A stretch of DNA of 64,000 nucleotides from Clostridia bacterium (GTDB lineage: Bacteria > Bacillota > Clostridia > Oscillospirales > CAG-272). Of this stretch, positions 25,872 through 35,678 are shown in pieces. The stretch lies in the NCBI GenBank assembly GCA_017451485.1, contig JAFTOG010000020.1, forward strand, positions 13,498 through 77,497, in the 5' to 3' direction. Under the pieces are notes generated by a model. That model ran no database searches. It worked only from the letters and a program-made list of their open reading frames with translations, and was not told the DNA's origin. Made by a program: the position numbers and the translations under genes. Position 1 is the stretch's first letter; every line of letters starts with the position of its first letter.

Positions 25872-26291
25872 TTATTTTTTTAGACCCTCGTTTAATTTTA
25901 TGTTTATCTTCTTAGTGGTTAAAACAACTGTGAGCCATATAATACCGTATGCAAGAATAAATGCGACGGTATATATGAGAAATACCGTAAGGCTAAATGG
26001 TATCCAGGAGTTTATAAGATAGCATATGGTATATGCAAGATAGAGAGATGTAAAATGGAAAAGAATGCTTTTTGCAATGGGCCAATGCTCAATCTGATTA
26101 AAAACGCTGGACCCTGCGTGGATAAAAGCCAGAATATAGGTGGAAATAACAACCAAAAGCATCTCGCCTCCTGTTATCAGCGGCTCTACTCCGGTAATAT
26201 CTAATATAAAGTAAATTGTACCGGCTATAATTGGTCCAAATCCACCGAAAATGGCACCCCTGTGTAGATAAATCATGAAATATTTTTTCAT
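25872..26291 (-). CDS. DUF3021-type four-TM membrane protein
   Basis: 139 aa and highly hydrophobic. Overlaps the upstream LytTR gene by 4 nt, a known gene pair. Confidence 0.65.
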   Translation of the reverse strand: MKKYFMIYLHRGAIFGGFGPIIAGTIYFILDITGVEPLITGGEMLLVVISTYILAFIHAGSSVFNQIEHWPIAKSILFHFTSLYLAYTICYLINSWIPFSLTVFLIYTVAFILAYGIIWLTVVLTTKKINIKLNEGLKK

Positions 26292-26725
26292 AGCTTGAAT
26301 CCTATCCTTTCCTTAACAGCCTTAAGCTGTCTTCTCGATATATAGTCCTTATACCCACTTTTGAATACAGCCCTTATAGCTCCGGCAAAGGAGGACTCGA
26401 ACCTATCTATCATTTTAATATTTGCAAGACAGGACTGGTTAAGCTTTATAAACACGCCATCGAGCATTTTTTCAATTACATAGAGTCGTTCCCTTATCCG
26501 TAGCTTCCCTTTATCGCATATTGCATACACCCGTCCGTCCTCGGAAATAATGCACTCAATATTTTCGGGCTCAAGCTTGTATATTGCTTCGTTGCCGTAA
26601 CCTATAAGCAGAGTGGACTCTGCTCCTGCCAGCTTTTCTATTTCATCAATTAACGCTGTGCGTTCCTTTGCATATATTACAATTTTTTCTTCCTCGTCGG
26701 AGCCAAGGATAATGTGACATTTCAT
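26288..26725 (-). CDS. LytTR-family DNA-binding domain protein
   Basis: C-terminal LytTR pattern (FIKLNQSCLANIKMI..YISRRQLKAVKERI). Start at 26725 preceded by gggaga. Confidence 0.75.
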   Translation of the reverse strand: MKCHIILGSDEEEKIVIYAKERTALIDEIEKLAGAESTLLIGYGNEAIYKLEPENIECIISEDGRVYAICDKGKLRIRERLYVIEKMLDGVFIKLNQSCLANIKMIDRFESSFAGAIRAVFKSGYKDYISRRQLKAVKERIGFKL

Positions 26726-26855
26726 ATAACCATCTCCCTTCATTTATATTTTCTCATAAAGTCTAAATAATTTCAACGGTTTTTTGTCATTCGGTGCTTT
26801 TTAGTGAATATTCGGTGAGGATAAGCTAAAAATTATATATTATTATAATATAATG

Positions 26856-26884
26856 TTGAAAAAAATGCTTCTTTGTGTTAAAAT
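26856..26884 (+). promoter_or_regulatory. sigma-A-type promoter for gene 26906
   Basis: TTGAAA (26856-61), 17 nt, TAAAAT (26879-84). Confidence 0.45.
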
Positions 26885-26905
26885 ATAAGTCACAGGAGGT
26901 GTATT

Positions 26906-27862
26906 ATGGACATTTTAACTCTTAAAAAAAATCAGACCTCGGTCAAGGCACAGATAAGGCGTGATTTGGTTTCTACCTTATCAAGCTGCGGTCCCGCTTC
27001 AAAAAAAGTGCTTTTCTCCCGCCTTTTTGATGTATCACCTCTTTCCCCCGATGCAATAAATGATATAAATGTAGACAGTGTGGGAGTGCTGTACCGTTCT
27101 ATTATCGGTGCTGTTCTCAGCGACTCTGTGGAAATGGGTGAAATCTCATTGGAAAACGGTGTGTACAGTCTTAACCGTGATGTTCCGCTTTTTATCCGTG
27201 GCTATGAGGTTAAGGAATATGTAAAATCCGTGCTCAAGGAGAATGTACCCTACTCAAAAAAAGAAATATTCAGAAGGTGTGAGCTTGCCTTTGGTACAGA
27301 CAAGACAAGCACACATAAGGATGACAACAGGCTTCGTGCCTTCGTGGGAGAATACCTTACAAGCTGTGAGAAAAAAGGAATTGTAACTGTATCTGACGGA
27401 GTGTACTATCTTTCCAAAGAAACAGAAAATGTTGTGGATTCTTATGATAACTTTATTAATACACTGAATTCCCGTGGTGGAGAAAATTTCGAGCAATTCG
27501 GTGCTATGCTTCTTCGTGCATTCTATGAGAAGGCAGGAGTAATAGTTGATGAATGCAGTGTGACCGGCGGTAGTGATGACGGTGGTGTAGACATTGTCGT
27601 ACGAACAACGGATAAGCTGGGATTTAAGGAATTTATCTGCGTACAGGCAAAGGCAAGGAGAAACAATCATGTTACCTTGAAGGAGGTAAGAGAGTTTATC
27701 GGAGCTATGCATACACAGGGTGGAAGTAAGGGTATTTACCTAACTACCTCTGTTTTCCACGAGGACGCAAAAAAGCTTATTGATGATGTGCATAATGTTA
27801 CAGGAATAGACGGTGCAATCCTCTATTCCCTCGCTAAAGAATGTGGAATGCTGAGCCTATGA
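26906..27862 (+). CDS. Mrr-like restriction endonuclease domain protein with a novel N-terminal region
   Basis: C-terminal ~125 aa: GENFEQF..GGSDDGGVDIVV..ICVQAKA (D..D-x-K/QxK PD-(D/E)xK Mrr_cat pattern). N-terminal ~190 aa has two related segments ending GVYSL / GVYYL. Confidence 0.7.
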   Translation: MDILTLKKNQTSVKAQIRRDLVSTLSSCGPASKKVLFSRLFDVSPLSPDAINDINVDSVGVLYRSIIGAVLSDSVEMGEISLENGVYSLNRDVPLFIRGYEVKEYVKSVLKENVPYSKKEIFRRCELAFGTDKTSTHKDDNRLRAFVGEYLTSCEKKGIVTVSDGVYYLSKETENVVDSYDNFINTLNSRGGENFEQFGAMLLRAFYEKAGVIVDECSVTGGSDDGGVDIVVRTTDKLGFKEFICVQAKARRNNHVTLKEVREFIGAMHTQGGSKGIYLTTSVFHEDAKKLIDDVHNVTGIDGAILYSLAKECGMLSL

Positions 27863-28548
27863 ATGCCATATTAAAAGAACTTTTGGAATCAAGGGATGAA
27901 AAATATCGTGAGTTTCATTCTGCCCTTTTGCCGGGTATAGATAATGTTATTGGAGTAAGACTGCCGAGAATCCGGGAAATTGCCAAAAAATATGTAAGCA
28001 CGGATATTGGCAGAGAGCTGATGGATACATTGCCTCACAGCTATTATGAGGAAAATATGACTCATGCCCTTATGATAGGACTTCTTAAGACTGACAGGGA
28101 CTGTATTGAAAATCGTATTAAGAAATTCACTCCTTACATAAACAATTGGGGAGTTTGCGATAGCTTTGTTGCCAGCCTTAAATACTATTTCAAGGATAGA
28201 GAAAAGGGACTTGAGCTTATAGAATCAGAGATTGAAAATGGTGGAGAATATCATATCAGATTTGCCCTTGTGGCTTTGCTCAATTACTATTTGGACGAAG
28301 AATACATAGATAAGGCCCTTGACATTGCTGTATCTGTAAAAAACGATGCCTATTATGTTAAAATGGCACAGGCATGGCTTGTCAGCGTAGGTATTGTAAA
28401 GCAGTATGAAAAAACCGTTGTGCTCCTAAAGGAAGGCTGTCTGTCCCCATGGGTGCACAATAAGGCTATACAGAAATCAGGAGAAAGCCTCAGGCTCTCC
28501 TCCGACAGAAAGGAATACCTTAATACACTTAGGGTGAGAGAGAAATAA
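27859..28548 (+). CDS. DNA alkylation repair protein (AlkD-like HEAT-repeat family)
   Basis: YREFHSALLPGIDNVIGVRLPRIREIAKKY and W..SVG helical-repeat pattern. ATG overlaps the upstream stop as ATGA. Confidence 0.7.
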   Translation: MNAILKELLESRDEKYREFHSALLPGIDNVIGVRLPRIREIAKKYVSTDIGRELMDTLPHSYYEENMTHALMIGLLKTDRDCIENRIKKFTPYINNWGVCDSFVASLKYYFKDREKGLELIESEIENGGEYHIRFALVALLNYYLDEEYIDKALDIAVSVKNDAYYVKMAQAWLVSVGIVKQYEKTVVLLKEGCLSPWVHNKAIQKSGESLRLSSDRKEYLNTLRVREK

Positions 28549-29066
28549 TGAATTACGCCACAATTAAGTACAACGATATAAGTAATGGCCCGGGTATTCG
28601 GACATCACTGTTTGTCAGCGGGTGCACCCACCGATGTAAGGGATGCTTTAACAGTATAGCATGGGATTTTAATTACGGAGAGCCATACGATAAAAGGGTA
28701 GAGGATGAAATTATGGCATCCCTTGCCCAACCACATATAAAGGGACTTACTCTTCTCGGCGGAGAGCCCTTCGAGCCGCAGAATCAGGGAGCTCTTTTAG
28801 AGCTTACTAACAGAGTAAGAAAAGAGCTGCCAAGCAAAAATATTTGGTGCTTCTCGGGATACACAATTGAACAAATGCTTACAGGTGAGCTTTCAAAATG
28901 CGAGACCACCCGTCCGCTTCTTGAAAATATAGATGTGCTTGTGGATGGAAAATTTGTTGAGGAGCTAAAGAACCTTATGCTTAAATTTAAGGGCTCATCC
29001 AATCAACGCACAATTCTTGTAAAGCCAACCCTTGAAAAAAATGAAATAGTCCTTTGGGATAAATAA
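28548..29066 (+). CDS. nrdG: anaerobic ribonucleoside-triphosphate reductase activating protein
   Basis: 172 aa. NGPGIRTSLFVSGCTHRCKGCFN radical-SAM cluster motif. Confidence 0.88.
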   Translation: MNYATIKYNDISNGPGIRTSLFVSGCTHRCKGCFNSIAWDFNYGEPYDKRVEDEIMASLAQPHIKGLTLLGGEPFEPQNQGALLELTNRVRKELPSKNIWCFSGYTIEQMLTGELSKCETTRPLLENIDVLVDGKFVEELKNLMLKFKGSSNQRTILVKPTLEKNEIVLWDK

Positions 29067-29086
29067 AGATAGAGCAAGGAGAAATT

Positions 29087-29533
29087 ATGGAAAACTTAAA
29101 GGTCAGAATAAAAAAATTGAGTGATAAGGCTGTTCTTCCTACATATGGCTCACCCTATGCTGCAGGAGCAGACCTATATGCTTGTATAGATGATGATATT
29201 GTGATTGAGTCGGATAAAACCGTGCTTATTAAAACAGGACTTTCTATGGAGATTCCTGTTGGCTTTGCCGCCTTTATATATGCAAGAAGCGGTCTTGCAA
29301 GTAAAAGAGGACTTGCACCCGCCAATAAGGTTGGAGTTGTAGATTGCGATTATAGAGGAGAGGTTATGGTAGCACTCCATAATCATTCCGATATTCCACA
29401 GACCGTTGCAGCCGGAGAAAGGATTGCTCAGCTTGTAATAGCTCCATACTATACTGCCGATTTTGAAGAATGTGAGGAGCTTTCCGAAACCGTGCGTGGT
29501 GAGGGTGGATTTGGATCCACAGGCAGAAAATAA
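29087..29533 (+). CDS. dut: dUTP diphosphatase
   Basis: 148 aa. AAGADLYA, RSGLASKRGL, GVVDCDYRGE, RGEGGFGSTG motifs. Confidence 0.9.
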   Translation: MENLKVRIKKLSDKAVLPTYGSPYAAGADLYACIDDDIVIESDKTVLIKTGLSMEIPVGFAAFIYARSGLASKRGLAPANKVGVVDCDYRGEVMVALHNHSDIPQTVAAGERIAQLVIAPYYTADFEECEELSETVRGEGGFGSTGRK

Positions 29534-29538
29534 AGGAG

Positions 29539-30192
29539 ATGGCTATGAACTTTAACGATAAATCAAAGGCGATAATTTGCCTTATCAGACACGGACAGAC
29601 CAACTGGAATGTAGAGGGTAGAATGCAGGGCAGAGAGGAGGTTCCTCTTAACGAAAACGGAATTGCTCAGGCAAAAGAGGCTGCCGAGGGAATGAAGGCT
29701 GCATGCGAATCCATAGGACTGCATTTCAATAAGATTATATCCAGCCCCCTTGGAAGAGCAGTTGATACAGCCAATATAATCCGTGAGGCGATCGGTTGCG
29801 ATTACTTCGGTAAGGATGAGAGATGGCTGGAAAGAGATTTCGGTGTTCTTTCCGGATATACCTATGACGATTATGCAAGGGCTGTACATGCTAATGCCGA
29901 CGGAGTAAAGGATATCGAGCCTGTTGAGGCTATGATGGCAAGAGCAAGAAGCTTTTTTGAGGACGAGGCAAAGGCGGGGGACAGAATACTTGTGCTCACC
30001 CACGGTGCAATGGCAACTACCCTTGCAAAAAACAGTAACAAGCCTGCCTATATTCCACCTGAAAAGGTTGGTGGAGTAGGTAACTGTCACGCTTCCTTTT
30101 ATACCTATGACGGAAAAGAAATAACTCTTGAGGGCTTTAATATTCATCCCAAGGATGTAAAAAAATTTGTTATGGAGAATGTTGAAAAATGA
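29539..30192 (+). CDS. histidine phosphatase family protein (phosphoglycerate mutase-like)
   Basis: LIRHGQTNWN catalytic RHG motif. LTHGA later. Confidence 0.8.
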   Translation: MAMNFNDKSKAIICLIRHGQTNWNVEGRMQGREEVPLNENGIAQAKEAAEGMKAACESIGLHFNKIISSPLGRAVDTANIIREAIGCDYFGKDERWLERDFGVLSGYTYDDYARAVHANADGVKDIEPVEAMMARARSFFEDEAKAGDRILVLTHGAMATTLAKNSNKPAYIPPEKVGGVGNCHASFYTYDGKEITLEGFNIHPKDVKKFVMENVEK

Positions 30193-30956
30193 TAAAGAAG
30201 CTTATATTGCCCCTTATGTTACTCTTTGTCTGTGTGCTTATGACCTCATGCGATGATCCTGATGATTATGTCTATGACGGCAAATCCCTTATAGGAAAAT
30301 GGCAGGAGGTGGATTTTGATGAGGGATTTTATAAAACCTATGAGTTTAAGGCAGACGGTACTGTAACCTACGCTTACTGCACCTACGGAATGATAACAGA
30401 CAGCGACAGTGGTATTGCTACATATGATTACAGAGTTGACGACAATAATGTACTTGTAATCATTGAGGAATATAACGGAAAAATTGCAGAATCAAAGGTT
30501 CAGTTTATGATAAGTGAGGACGGGGATCGCCTAAAAATGTATGAGGACGGCGACAAAATAAACGAGCTTGAAAGATATAAGCTTGAATACGATGATCCAT
30601 CCCCACTCCTTGGAAAATGGGTAAGTGTAAATCAGGTAAACGGAGCTACTCAAACCGATCTTTTCTGGTTTTCAGAAAACAGTGAATGCTTTATTTTTCC
30701 CAATGTAAGTGGAAAAATCGGCGATGATGTGGATGAATTTACAAAAGATTATATCAATAGCGAAACAGGATTTGTACAGACCATGCTTTACTCCACAAAG
30801 AAAAACGAGATATACCTCTGCTTTGCAGATGAGTATATTGTACAGGAGGAAAGTGTAATATTCGGACAGTACAGAATTGAAAATGATCAGCTTATTATAA
30901 GCTCGGACGGAAAAACTGTTGTAGTGCTTGAGAGGTTAGATGATGACACTGTATGA
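30189..30956 (+). CDS. lipoprotein, function unknown
   Basis: Signal peptide with lipobox LMTSC. No other motif. Confidence 0.6.
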   Translation: MIKKLILPLMLLFVCVLMTSCDDPDDYVYDGKSLIGKWQEVDFDEGFYKTYEFKADGTVTYAYCTYGMITDSDSGIATYDYRVDDNNVLVIIEEYNGKIAESKVQFMISEDGDRLKMYEDGDKINELERYKLEYDDPSPLLGKWVSVNQVNGATQTDLFWFSENSECFIFPNVSGKIGDDVDEFTKDYINSETGFVQTMLYSTKKNEIYLCFADEYIVQEESVIFGQYRIENDQLIISSDGKTVVVLERLDDDTV

Positions 30957-31506
30957 AAAAAAGCTGTCGTCGGAGCAGATATTCGACGGAAAGGTAGTAA
31001 AGCTTTTTGTAGATAAGGTAGAGCTTCCCGACGGCAATGAAGCTATAAGAGAAATTGTACGCCACCCGGGTGCAGTATGCGTAATTCCCGTAACCTGTGA
31101 GGGCGATGTTATAATGGTGAAGCAATACCGTTACGCATTTGAAACAGTAATGCTGGAAATTCCGGCAGGAAAGCTGGAGCCCGGAGAAAACCCCCTTGAG
31201 GCTGTCAAGAGAGAGCTTGAGGAGGAGAGTGGAGTAGTAGCCGGAAAAATTGAATATTTGGGCGAAATTTTCACAACGGTAGCGATTTTTGATGAAAAAA
31301 TACACGCATATCTTGCCACCGAGCTTGTGTTTAATAATGCTCATCCCGATGAAGATGAGTTTTTAGAGGTGGAGAGAATTCCTCTCAAGAAGCTTGTGGA
31401 AATGGTAATGAACGGTGAGATAAGAGATTCCAAGACGCAGATTTGTATCCTTAAAGCGGATAAGCTCCTGTCCCAAAGAAAAAATAATCAGGAGGTATTA
31501 TTGTGA
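30940..31506 (+). CDS. NUDIX hydrolase (ADP-ribose pyrophosphatase-like)
   Basis: Nudix box GKLEPGENPLEAVKRELEEESG. Confidence 0.85.
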   Translation: MMTLYEKKLSSEQIFDGKVVKLFVDKVELPDGNEAIREIVRHPGAVCVIPVTCEGDVIMVKQYRYAFETVMLEIPAGKLEPGENPLEAVKRELEEESGVVAGKIEYLGEIFTTVAIFDEKIHAYLATELVFNNAHPDEDEFLEVERIPLKKLVEMVMNGEIRDSKTQICILKADKLLSQRKNNQEVLL

Positions 31507-32510
31507 GATATATAAATGTTGAAAGAACAAAAATGGTGGATGAGGCGTCAACAGGACACACTCCCACGCCTCTTTTTGTTTCAATTATGCGATTTATACT
31601 CGTATTTTTTCTCGGTACAATTCTCGGTAATTTATTGGCAGCCATCCCCCTCGGTATATATTTGCTAACGGGTACTGACCTTATGGAGATTATTGGATCT
31701 GTTACAGCAGGAACTATGAACGAGGAGCAGTATATTGAGGCAATAAATGTCATTCTTTTGAATATTCCTCCCATATTCACAGTAATCTCTCTTATTTGCA
31801 CTGCCTCTTCTATAGTCGCAGCTGTATTTTATTGCAGATATTTTGAAAAGAGAAGATTACCATCCATGGGATTCCGTAAGGGTAAAGCGGGACTTGAATA
31901 TCTTGTAGGTGCTCTTATAGGCTTGGGTATGTATGCAGTAACATTCCTTATTGCCTGGGCTACAGGCTCCGTATCAATAGAGCTTAATCCCGAGGGCTTT
32001 GCACCTATTATTCTCCTTTTCCTTGTAGGGTATATCATACAAGGTGCTTCCGAGGAGATCCTCCTCCGTGGTTATTTTATGATTACTCTCGCAAGGGATA
32101 TGAAGCCTTGGTCAGCTCTTATGATAAGCTCACTTATGTTTTCCTTGCTCCATGCCTTTAATCCGGGTGTCAGCGTAATGGGACTTATAAACATTATGCT
32201 TTTCGGTATGTTTATGGGTATATATGTATTCAAGAGAGGAAATATCTGGGGTGCTTGTGCTATTCATACCTTTTGGAACTTTGCACAGGGTAATATATTC
32301 GGATCCTATGTAAGTGGCACATCCTTGGCTCCTTCCGTGTTTGTTACGAGCTACAATCCCGATAGACTACTTGCAAATGGAGGTGCCTTTGGCTTGGAGG
32401 GAGGAGCTGCGGCAACAATTATTTTAGTTCTGGCAATAGGCATCACACTTTTTACCAAAACCAATAAAAAGGAGCTGTCCGTTTTGGAGCAGCCACTGTT
32501 TGATGCATAA
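31503..32510 (+). CDS. CPBP-family intramembrane glutamic endopeptidase (CAAX protease-like)
   Basis: Polytopic. Motifs EEILLRGY, FSLLHAFN, HTFWNF. The start codon is uncertain (GTG 31503 or ATG 31533). Confidence 0.8.
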   Translation: MRYINVERTKMVDEASTGHTPTPLFVSIMRFILVFFLGTILGNLLAAIPLGIYLLTGTDLMEIIGSVTAGTMNEEQYIEAINVILLNIPPIFTVISLICTASSIVAAVFYCRYFEKRRLPSMGFRKGKAGLEYLVGALIGLGMYAVTFLIAWATGSVSIELNPEGFAPIILLFLVGYIIQGASEEILLRGYFMITLARDMKPWSALMISSLMFSLLHAFNPGVSVMGLINIMLFGMFMGIYVFKRGNIWGACAIHTFWNFAQGNIFGSYVSGTSLAPSVFVTSYNPDRLLANGGAFGLEGGAAATIILVLAIGITLFTKTNKKELSVLEQPLFDA

Positions 32511-32566
32511 AATAATGCATAAAAGCTGAAATTATGCGAACGCTTGAATAAAATTGCAAAAAAGTA

Positions 32567-32595
32567 TTGACAAAGACATTTTACGGTTGTATAAT
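32567..32595 (+). promoter_or_regulatory. consensus sigma-A promoter for the ABC transporter operon
   Basis: TTGACA (32567-72), 17 nt, TATAAT (32590-95). Confidence 0.7.
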
Positions 32596-32641
32596 GTTAA
32601 TGCCTATATTTTATTATTATATTTTTTAAGGAGATTTGAAA

Positions 32642-33505
32642 ATGAAGAAAATTGTTTCTTTGTTGCTCGTTGCATTGATGCTTGTTACATGCTTCTCGCT
32701 TGTAGCTTGCGGTGACAGTGAGCCTAAGGTTAAGATTATTGAGATTCAGCTTACACAGGAGGAATATGCTTTTGTTATCAAGGAGGGCAACACAGCTCTT
32801 AAGAATGATATGAACGCTTTTCTTGCTGAAATTAAGGAAAATGGCGAATTTCAGAAAATCGTAGACAAGTACTTTAAGGGTGAGGGTGAAAAGGTTGGCT
32901 ACGCTGTAGCAGGTAGTGGCACATCCAACACAGAAGGCAAATTTGTAGTAGTTACAAACTGCCCCTTCGAGCCCTTTGAATATCTTGGCTCTGACGGTAA
33001 GATCTACGGCGTGGATATCGAGATTGCAGCAGCTTATGCTGAGTCAAGAGATCTTGAGCTTGTAATCAAAAACCTTCCCGAGTTCGACAGCATCTTTTCT
33101 GAGGTTGATGCAGGCTATGCAGATATCGGTATGGCAGGTATTACCGTAAGTGCAGACCGTGAGGCAGTTTATGACTTCACATCTACATATTACAACGCAT
33201 CTCAGAAGATTATCGTTGCAGCAGATAATACAGCATTCGATAACTGCAAAACAGCAGAGGATGTAGAGAATGTTATTAAGGGACTTACTGACGGTACTAA
33301 GTTCGGTTACCAGAACGGTACAACAGGCGGTATGTATGTTGAGGGTAATGAGGACTGGGGTTATTCAGGCTTTGCTAACCTTAACGGAAAGGGATATGCT
33401 ACAGCTCTCGATGCTGTAAACGACCTTGTAAACGGTAACCTTTACGCAGTAGTAGTTGACGAGGCACCCGGCAATGCTATTGTTAAGGCAATAAACGGAG
33501 ACTAA
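32642..33505 (+). CDS. amino acid ABC transporter substrate-binding lipoprotein
   Basis: Lipobox LVACG. Type 3 periplasmic-binding-protein pattern (PFEY, GVDIEIA, DIGMAGITV). Confidence 0.85.
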   Translation: MKKIVSLLLVALMLVTCFSLVACGDSEPKVKIIEIQLTQEEYAFVIKEGNTALKNDMNAFLAEIKENGEFQKIVDKYFKGEGEKVGYAVAGSGTSNTEGKFVVVTNCPFEPFEYLGSDGKIYGVDIEIAAAYAESRDLELVIKNLPEFDSIFSEVDAGYADIGMAGITVSADREAVYDFTSTYYNASQKIIVAADNTAFDNCKTAEDVENVIKGLTDGTKFGYQNGTTGGMYVEGNEDWGYSGFANLNGKGYATALDAVNDLVNGNLYAVVVDEAPGNAIVKAINGD

Positions 33506-33565
33506 TCAGTTAAGCTCTCCCCTGCATTTTATGTAGGGGGGAGATTTGCGTAATGAGGATTTAAT

Positions 33566-34297
33566 ATGTTAGAAAATATAAAGGTTTTTTTCAAAAATTT
33601 ATCGGGAGAAAACTTTACAGATTTATTTTTTGAAGGACTTTGGAACACCGTAAAAATTGCTATACTCGGTCTTATCATAGGTATCGTTATAGGTACTGTT
33701 ATCGGCATAATTAAGGTCGCACCGAAGTATAAGCTGGGAATGAGAATACTAGATAAGATAAGCACAGTCTATGTTGCGATATTCCGTGGCACGCCTATGG
33801 TAGCTCAGCTTCTTATTGCTTATTATCTTCTTCTCCCCCTCCTGGGTGTTAAAGGAGTAGAGGCTGTAAATGTCGGCGTAGCTGTTTTCGGTATGAACAG
33901 CGGTGCATATGTATCGGAAATAATGCGAGGAGGCATTAATTCCGTTGATCCGGGTCAGACGGAGGCAGGTAGAGCACTTGGACTCAGTTATCCCACAACA
34001 ATGCTTAAAATCGTTGTCCCACAGGCTATAAAAAACATTATTCCTACACTGGGTAATGAGTTTATCACACTTATAAAGGATACTGCAGTATTAAGCTTTA
34101 TTTCAATTGTGGATATAAATGTTGCTGTTAAGCAGATTGCACAGCCCGGATATGTATACAGTGCCGGATACCTGTTTATGGCTGTGGTATATATAGTTCT
34201 GGTTTTGGTTATAACCGGACTTGTAAAGCTTACAGAGCATTTTCTTAATAAGAGTGACAGAAAGTACGGCACAGCTAAAAGTGCTAAAAAATCTTAA
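33566..34297 (+). CDS. amino acid ABC transporter permease
   Basis: EAA-loop region ([23 protein letters not shown]) and FRGTP motif. Confidence 0.88.
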   Translation: MLENIKVFFKNLSGENFTDLFFEGLWNTVKIAILGLIIGIVIGTVIGIIKVAPKYKLGMRILDKISTVYVAIFRGTPMVAQLLIAYYLLLPLLGVKGVEAVNVGVAVFGMNSGAYVSEIMRGGINSVDPGQTEAGRALGLSYPTTMLKIVVPQAIKNIIPTLGNEFITLIKDTAVLSFISIVDINVAVKQIAQPGYVYSAGYLFMAVVYIVLVLVITGLVKLTEHFLNKSDRKYGTAKSAKKS

Positions 34298-34308
34298 CAG
34301 GAGGGCTT

Positions 34309-35157
34309 ATGGCAGAAGAAATTATAAAAGTCGAGCATCTTTATAAGAGATTCGGCGATAATGAAGTTTTAAAAGATATAAGCACCTCTATATATGAGAG
34401 AGAAAAGGTAGTAATTCTCGGATTGTCAGGCTCAGGAAAATCCACACTTTTGAGATGTCTTAACTGTATGGAGGACCCCAGCGACGGAGCTATATATTTT
34501 GACGGAGAGAACCTTGCTGATTTTAAGGTTGATATTAATAGACACCGTCAGAAGATAGGAATGGTATTCCAGCAGTTCAATCTTTTCAATAATAAAACAG
34601 TAATTCAGAATATTACCTTGGCACCCGTTCATATAGGTGTAAAAGGTCTTCGCAGTGCACAAAGGATCAATTTCTTCAGAAAAATAGGTAATTTGTTCAG
34701 AAGACTGTTCAAAAAGGAAGAAAAAGTCCTTATTCCCATTGAAAAAACTAAAGCAGATATAGTAAGGGAAGCTAAAGAAAAAGCAAACGAGCTTCTTCGC
34801 CGTATCGGTCTTGAGGATAAGGCGAATGTATATCCTTCCACTCTCTCCGGTGGACAGAAGCAGAGGATTGCTATTGTCCGTGCCCTTGCAATGAACCCTA
34901 AGGTAATGCTTTTTGATGAGCCTACATCAGCCCTCGACCCCGAAATGGTTGGAGAGGTTCTCGACCTTATCAAGCAGCTTGCAGACGAGGGTATGACTAT
35001 GGTAATAGTAACTCACGAGATGGGCTTTGCAAGAGAGGTTGCTACACGAGTTCTGTTTATGGCAGACGGAAATATTGCTGAGGAGGGAACTCCCGAGGAG
35101 GTATTTGACCATCCAAAGAACCCGAAGACAGTACAATTCCTAAAGGCAGTGCTTTAA
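34309..35157 (+). CDS. amino acid ABC transporter ATP-binding protein (with ~35-aa insertion)
   Basis: Walker [11 protein letters not shown]-loop, signature LSGGQKQR, Walker [10 protein letters not shown]-loop VTHEM. Extra basic segment [37 protein letters not shown]. Confidence 0.88.
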   Translation: MAEEIIKVEHLYKRFGDNEVLKDISTSIYEREKVVILGLSGSGKSTLLRCLNCMEDPSDGAIYFDGENLADFKVDINRHRQKIGMVFQQFNLFNNKTVIQNITLAPVHIGVKGLRSAQRINFFRKIGNLFRRLFKKEEKVLIPIEKTKADIVREAKEKANELLRRIGLEDKANVYPSTLSGGQKQRIAIVRALAMNPKVMLFDEPTSALDPEMVGEVLDLIKQLADEGMTMVIVTHEMGFAREVATRVLFMADGNIAEEGTPEEVFDHPKNPKTVQFLKAVL

Positions 35158-35193
35158 TAACAGAAGTTGATTTTATCATGTTGATTTAAGGAG

Positions 35194-35646
35194 ATGGTGG
35201 TTTTGAAATATGAAAAATCATGCGGAACAGTAATTTTTCGCAAGACCCGTGGAAAATATGCCGTACTTCTTATAAAAAACAGATATGCAGATTTTTGGTC
35301 TTTCCCTAAAGGCCATGTGGAGGCGGGGGAAAACGAGTACCAGACCGCTATCCGTGAAACTAAGGAGGAAACAGGAATAGATGTAAAAATCGAAAACGGC
35401 TTCCGTATGGAGTCCGTGTATCTTATCGGTAAGCGTAAGAATACCGAAAAGAGGGTAGTATACTTTGCAGCCCTGACCACAAGGGCATATGTGGAGCCAC
35501 AGCCTAAGGAGATTTCCGCATTCCATTGGTTCTTCGAGGATGAATTCCCGGAGGATTGTTCCTTTGAAAACGATAGGGTCATCTTCAAGGAGGCACTTAA
35601 ATTTATTAAGGAACGCTTTGGAGAGGCTACCGAAAAAAGAATATAA
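35194..35646 (+). CDS. NUDIX hydrolase (Ap4A hydrolase-like)
   Basis: Nudix box GHVEAGENEYQTAIRETKEETG. Confidence 0.8.
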   Translation: MVVLKYEKSCGTVIFRKTRGKYAVLLIKNRYADFWSFPKGHVEAGENEYQTAIRETKEETGIDVKIENGFRMESVYLIGKRKNTEKRVVYFAALTTRAYVEPQPKEISAFHWFFEDEFPEDCSFENDRVIFKEALKFIKERFGEATEKRI

Positions 35647-35678
35647 AAATAAAGAGACTGCTGTGACAGTCTCTTTTA

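Noticed and set aside
26906-27862. The Mrr-like gene as part of a complete restriction-modification system.
   Set aside because: There is no methyltransferase or specificity subunit nearby. It is treated only as a stand-alone, modification-dependent-type nuclease candidate.
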